Positions 36,779 to 41,634 of a stretch of 41,634 nucleotides of DNA are shown here, piece after piece; within the stretch, counting starts at the first letter, position 1, and each line of letters opens with the position of its first letter. The notes beneath the pieces were generated by a model. It was not told where the DNA came from. It made no database searches and saw nothing but the letters and a program-made list of their open reading frames with translations. A program made the position numbers and the translations under genes. Location of the stretch: contig DAOWGI010000063.1 in assembly GCA_030637655.1 (NCBI GenBank), forward strand, positions 1-41,634. Direction: 5' to 3'. Source of the DNA: a candidate division FCPU426 bacterium (GTDB taxonomy: Bacteria > Oederibacteriota > JAAXVQ01 > JAUVAV01).

Positions 36779-37816
36779 ATGAAACATTTGGAATTACACA
36801 TTATTCAATCCGTACCGGTAGCATGTCTTAATCGTGATGATCTTAATTCACCCAAAACAGCAATATTTGGTGGTATTCAGAGAGCACGAGTGTCGAGCCA
36901 GTCGTGGAAGAGAGCTATAAGAGAAATGGCGAAAGAAATGTCACCAGACCAATTCAAAGGAGAGAGAACAAGATTTCTTTTTGAACCATTAGTTGATGCG
37001 ATGGTAGCAAATGGTGTTGAAGGTATAGACGCCGAAGAAGGTGCTAAAAAAATAATTGATGAATTAGTCAAACTTGATAATAAAAAAGAAGAACAAGTTA
37101 AATCAAAAACCATGTATTTTATGTCGCCGCTTGAATTTGACAGTATGGCAAAGGCCTATGCTGAAACAAAGGATGTGAAGAAAGCTTTGAAAGCCATTGA
37201 TGCTAAGAGTTTAAAAGATGCTGCTGATATTTCAATATTTGGCAGGATGGTTGCCAGTGATCATACACTGACTATTGAAGCTGCTTCCATGTTTTCGCAT
37301 GCGCTATCGACCCATAAAGTTGATAATGAAATCGATTTTTTTACCGCAGTTGATGATTTGCAAGGAGAGGAAGAATCCGGCGCTGGGATGACTGGAACAT
37401 TGGAATTTAATTCTGCGACTTATTATCGCTTTGCAGCACTTAATCTGGATATGTTAGCCGATAAAAAACATCTTGAAAGTATGACAAAAGAGGAAAGACA
37501 AGAGGTTGTACGCACATTTGTTGAGGCTGCCATCAAGGCTGTTCCGAGTGCCCGTAAAAACTCAATGAATGGAAATACCTTACCTGTACATGTGCTTGGT
37601 GTTGTACGTGAAAAAGGTCATCCTGTTCAGTTAATCAATGCTTTTGAAAAACCTGTTAAACCTAATCAGGGGTATGCAGAAAAGTCAGTGGAATTATTAA
37701 AAGAAGAATACGAAAAACTAAACACAACATGGGGGCTAAAGGCTGTATTTGATAAGTCAATTCCTGAAGTAGGCATGAAAGCATTTTTAGATGGTATGGT
37801 GGAACATGTCGCCTGA
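36779..37816 (+). CDS. cas7: Type I-E backbone Cas7 (Cse4/CasC)
   Basis: LNRDDLNSPK, RARVSSQSWKRAIR, IFGRMVA, HALSTH, DFFTAVDD. Confidence 0.96.
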   Translation: MKHLELHIIQSVPVACLNRDDLNSPKTAIFGGIQRARVSSQSWKRAIREMAKEMSPDQFKGERTRFLFEPLVDAMVANGVEGIDAEEGAKKIIDELVKLDNKKEEQVKSKTMYFMSPLEFDSMAKAYAETKDVKKALKAIDAKSLKDAADISIFGRMVASDHTLTIEAASMFSHALSTHKVDNEIDFFTAVDDLQGEEESGAGMTGTLEFNSATYYRFAALNLDMLADKKHLESMTKEERQEVVRTFVEAAIKAVPSARKNSMNGNTLPVHVLGVVREKGHPVQLINAFEKPVKPNQGYAEKSVELLKEEYEKLNTTWGLKAVFDKSIPEVGMKAFLDGMVEHVA

Positions 37817-38492
37817 TAAAGCTTATTTAGCCTTGCGATTGGTTGGGCCTCTACAATCCTGGGGTTTTGATAGTCAGTACAACAGACGGAATACTGCCTT
37901 AATGCCTACCAAAAGCGGTATTGCCGGGATGTGTTGCGCAGCCTTGGGATATTCAAGAGGGAGTGAAAAAGAACGAGTGTTTCTTGAGAAGTTCAGAAAC
38001 TTAAAAATGACAGCAATTGTGATTCCGAGAAAATCAAATATGAAACTTCCGGTAAGACGTATGCAGGATTATCATACGGTGCAGCATACGAGACGGGCAA
38101 GTGGATCTATTAATAAGGATTGTGTTTTAACACATCGTCAGTATTTAAATGATGCTGCATTTGGTATTGTTATTGAAGGGAATATTTCTTTACTTGGGAA
38201 GATTGCTGATGCTTTAAAAAATCCTGTCTGGGGTATATGGCTGGGTCGAAAAACATGTATTCCATCAGAACCGGTTTTGGCAGGGCTGGGAGAAAACAAA
38301 GCAAAAGTGTTGTATTATCTTATTGGAGAAGCTCCGATAGAATCATTTACACGGCAAGAGGATGTGGAACAGTTCAGTGATGGATATGATTCAATCCCGG
38401 ATGTTCCGGTATCCTTCGCCACAGAGCGGAGAGGATTTTCACCAAGAAGAGTCAGGACATTACAGAGAGCGAGTGATAAATCAACAGAGTAG
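37806..38492 (+). CDS. cas5: Type I-E Cas5 (CasD)
   Basis: GPLQSWG, PTKSGIAG, DYHTV, RQYLNDA, LGRKTCIPS. Confidence 0.95.
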   Translation: MSPDKAYLALRLVGPLQSWGFDSQYNRRNTALMPTKSGIAGMCCAALGYSRGSEKERVFLEKFRNLKMTAIVIPRKSNMKLPVRRMQDYHTVQHTRRASGSINKDCVLTHRQYLNDAAFGIVIEGNISLLGKIADALKNPVWGIWLGRKTCIPSEPVLAGLGENKAKVLYYLIGEAPIESFTRQEDVEQFSDGYDSIPDVPVSFATERRGFSPRRVRTLQRASDKSTE

Positions 38493-38504
38493 TTTTAACC
38501 AAAG

Positions 38505-38677
38505 GATGGGTACAACTTGTACCCATCTCTGATAATCCAGTTGTCGACAAATTGTCGACAACTGAACTTGTAATTGCCAGACTAAAAAGCGGCAAAGCTC
38601 TTTGTCCGACAAGTGAATTTCTATGTGGGCACAAATTGCACCCGGGTTGACGATGAGATGTCCGGAAAAACCGGACA
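38505..38677. repeat. Array of four (possibly five) distinct short palindromes
   Basis: 38505-38527, 38538-38564, ~38627-38643 and 38659-38677; degenerate one at 38590-38608. Confidence 0.8.
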
Positions 38678-38796
38678 ATTGGAAAACACTCGTGCCAAGG
38701 AGTATTTAAAAATAAATGAAATATAGTGCAAGAAAATCACTGCGTTTATGTCTAAATGTGCAGGACAATTATTCTGCACAAGGAGGAAAGGTAGTT

Positions 38797-39621
38797 ATGT
38801 CTACAAGTATTGCAATTTTTAAGGGAAAGAAGATCAGAAAAATAATGCATAACAATGAGTGGTGGTTTTCGGTAGTGGATGTGGTGGAGGTTCTAACAGC
38901 TAGCAACAAACCCCGTATTTATTGGAACGCAATGAAAGCCCGAGTAAAAAACGATGACGGATTTCAGTTGTCTACAATTTGTAGACAACTGAAATTAGAG
39001 GCTTCTGACGGAAAAAAATACGAAACTGACTGCGCTAACACCGAAGGAATGTTCCGCATTATCCAGTCCATCCCATCACCCAAGGCTGAGCCATTCAAAC
39101 GCTGGTTAGCCAAGGTTGGTTACGAACGCATTCAAGAGATAGAAGATCCTGAATTAAGCTCAAAAAGAAGCAGGGCATTATACAAAGCCAAAGGGTACTC
39201 TGATGCCTGGATTGAAAAGCGAATGAGAGGAATCGCCATTCGCGAAGAATTAACCGATGAATGGCAGAATCGCGGCGCCCAAGAAGAAAAAGACTATGAG
39301 ATTCTAACCGCGGAAATATCAAAAGCAGCGTTCGGTATTGTTCCTTCTGAATACAAAAAACTTAAAGGATTAAAACGGGAAAATCTGAGAGATCACATGG
39401 ATGATTTTGAATTGATTTTTACCATGCTGGGTGAACGCTCAACAACAGAAATTCACCGTAACGAAGATTCCAAAGGTGTGAAAAAACTTAAATTAGATTC
39501 CAAAGCAGGTGGAAAAATTGCCGGTGATGCCCGTAAGGCGCTGGAAAAAAAGTTAAAACGACCGATTGTTTCCAGTGGAAATTATTTAAAAGAGCCGGAA
39601 TCACGGAAGAAAATTAAATAA
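38797..39621 (+). CDS. Bro-N domain (phage antirepressor-like) protein inserted in the cas operon
   Basis: KIRK...EWWFSVVDVVEVLT...YW...DGKKYETDCAN...RIIQSIPSPKAEPFKRWLA...WIEKRM...LRDHM; AGGAGG upstream of ATG 38797. Confidence 0.88.
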   Translation: MSTSIAIFKGKKIRKIMHNNEWWFSVVDVVEVLTASNKPRIYWNAMKARVKNDDGFQLSTICRQLKLEASDGKKYETDCANTEGMFRIIQSIPSPKAEPFKRWLAKVGYERIQEIEDPELSSKRSRALYKAKGYSDAWIEKRMRGIAIREELTDEWQNRGAQEEKDYEILTAEISKAAFGIVPSEYKKLKGLKRENLRDHMDDFELIFTMLGERSTTEIHRNEDSKGVKKLKLDSKAGGKIAGDARKALEKKLKRPIVSSGNYLKEPESRKKIK

Positions 39622-39692
39622 AGATACTCCAAGACTGACTTTTACTAAGATGTTGTCCAATATGAAGTATATAGAAAAGAGGTGATATTCAA

Positions 39693-40926
<1,234 letters not shown>

Positions 40927-40986
40927 TAGGATCGGTAGAAATTTGCGGTCTTGAAAAGCCTTGGAAATTAAAGGGATATTTTATGT

Positions 40987-41625
40987 ACGTTCCCCGCACG
41001 AGCGGGGATGAACCGGCAGGGCAAGGCAGGGAGCAATAAAAAAACAGACGTTCCCCGCACGAGCGGGGATGAACCGCTGGAAATTATTGGAGCAGAACAC
41101 CGATTGCAACGTTCCCCGCACGAGCGGGGATGAACCGGATTTGGTTAGGGCAACAATTGCGGAAGATTTACGTTCCCCGCACGGGCGGGGATGAACCGCT
41201 GGCTTCGCTGCTATAACTGCTGGAGTAGCAACGTTCCCCGCACGAGCGGGGATGAACCGTAATGGTCGCAGAAGGAGTTTCTAGTGGCTGAACGTTCCCC
41301 GCACGAGCGGGGATGAACCGAAAGAAAGAACAAAAGAAAGAAGAACAAAACCACGTTCCCCGCACGAGCGGGGATGAACCGGTGTTCATGCCCTGCGGAT
41401 ATTTTTTGGGGCAACGTTCCCCGCACGAGCGGGGATGAACCGGTAGAGTACCTGTTTCAGGTGGCACTGTTCTAACGTTCCCCGCACGAGCGGGGATGAA
41501 CCGCAGGAGATGAATCAACACAGACAGCAGGAGATACGTTCCCCGCACGAGCGGGGATGAACCGTTATACATTTAAATGCTGTTCCGAAACAAGTAACGT
41601 TCCCCGCACGAGCGGGGATGAACCG
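40987..41625 (+). CRISPR. Type I-E CRISPR array: 11 repeats of 29 nt and 10 complete 32-nt spacers, continuing past the window edge
   Basis: ACGTTCCCCGCACGAGCGGGGATGAACCG at 40987 and every 61 nt up to 41597; one loop variant (A>G at 41184). Confidence 0.99.
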
Positions 41626-41634
41626 CTTGTAGAC

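Noticed and set aside
41168-41572. Minus-strand ORFs over the CRISPR array
   Set aside because: They are translations of repeats and spacers (GSSPLVRGT, RFIPARAGN).
41016-41596. Self-targeting spacers
   Set aside because: By eye only short matches were found (e.g. GCAATAAAAAA of spacer 1 near 3273); no full protospacer was seen in the window, though the search was not exhaustive.

Overview
The window has three parts. (1) 1-8.9 kb is accessory DNA. It opens with a giant ORF (11..5038, frame open to the left edge) built from tandem modules: pre-toxin-like helix pair, Ntox10-like toxin domain, then a linker made largely of REP-type palindromes. Directly behind each toxin domain, a small gene with its own Shine-Dalgarno (SD) is nested in another frame of the same DNA (538..801, 2188..2472). 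The two small proteins are homologous and resemble Imm27-type immunity proteins, so this looks like a toxin polyprotein that overprints its own immunity genes (best candidate for an undescribed system). It is followed by a 14-repeat LVIVD secreted protein and a Y1/RAYT-type transposase bracketed by related short repeats. (2) 9-30.2 kb is a + strand housekeeping block: rimO, pgsA, pgpA, pyk (with an in-frame 84-nt repeat insertion), a PorV-OmpA fusion, nnr, CBS protein, M20 amidohydrolase, TPR protein, thiL, a two-component pair with a TPR/FlgD/PorV cluster, tsaE-tsaB-rimI, a cold-shock gene and a degenerate ApbE. (3) 30.2-41.6 kb holds a TIR-bounded mini-element with a frameshifted GIY-YIG gene and a type I-E CRISPR-Cas locus (11 repeats, running off the window). 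A Bro-N gene sits between cas5 and cas1, preceded by an array of palindromes that read as alternative versions of its own palindrome-encoded segment. All family names come from motif recognition by eye; no database search was run.
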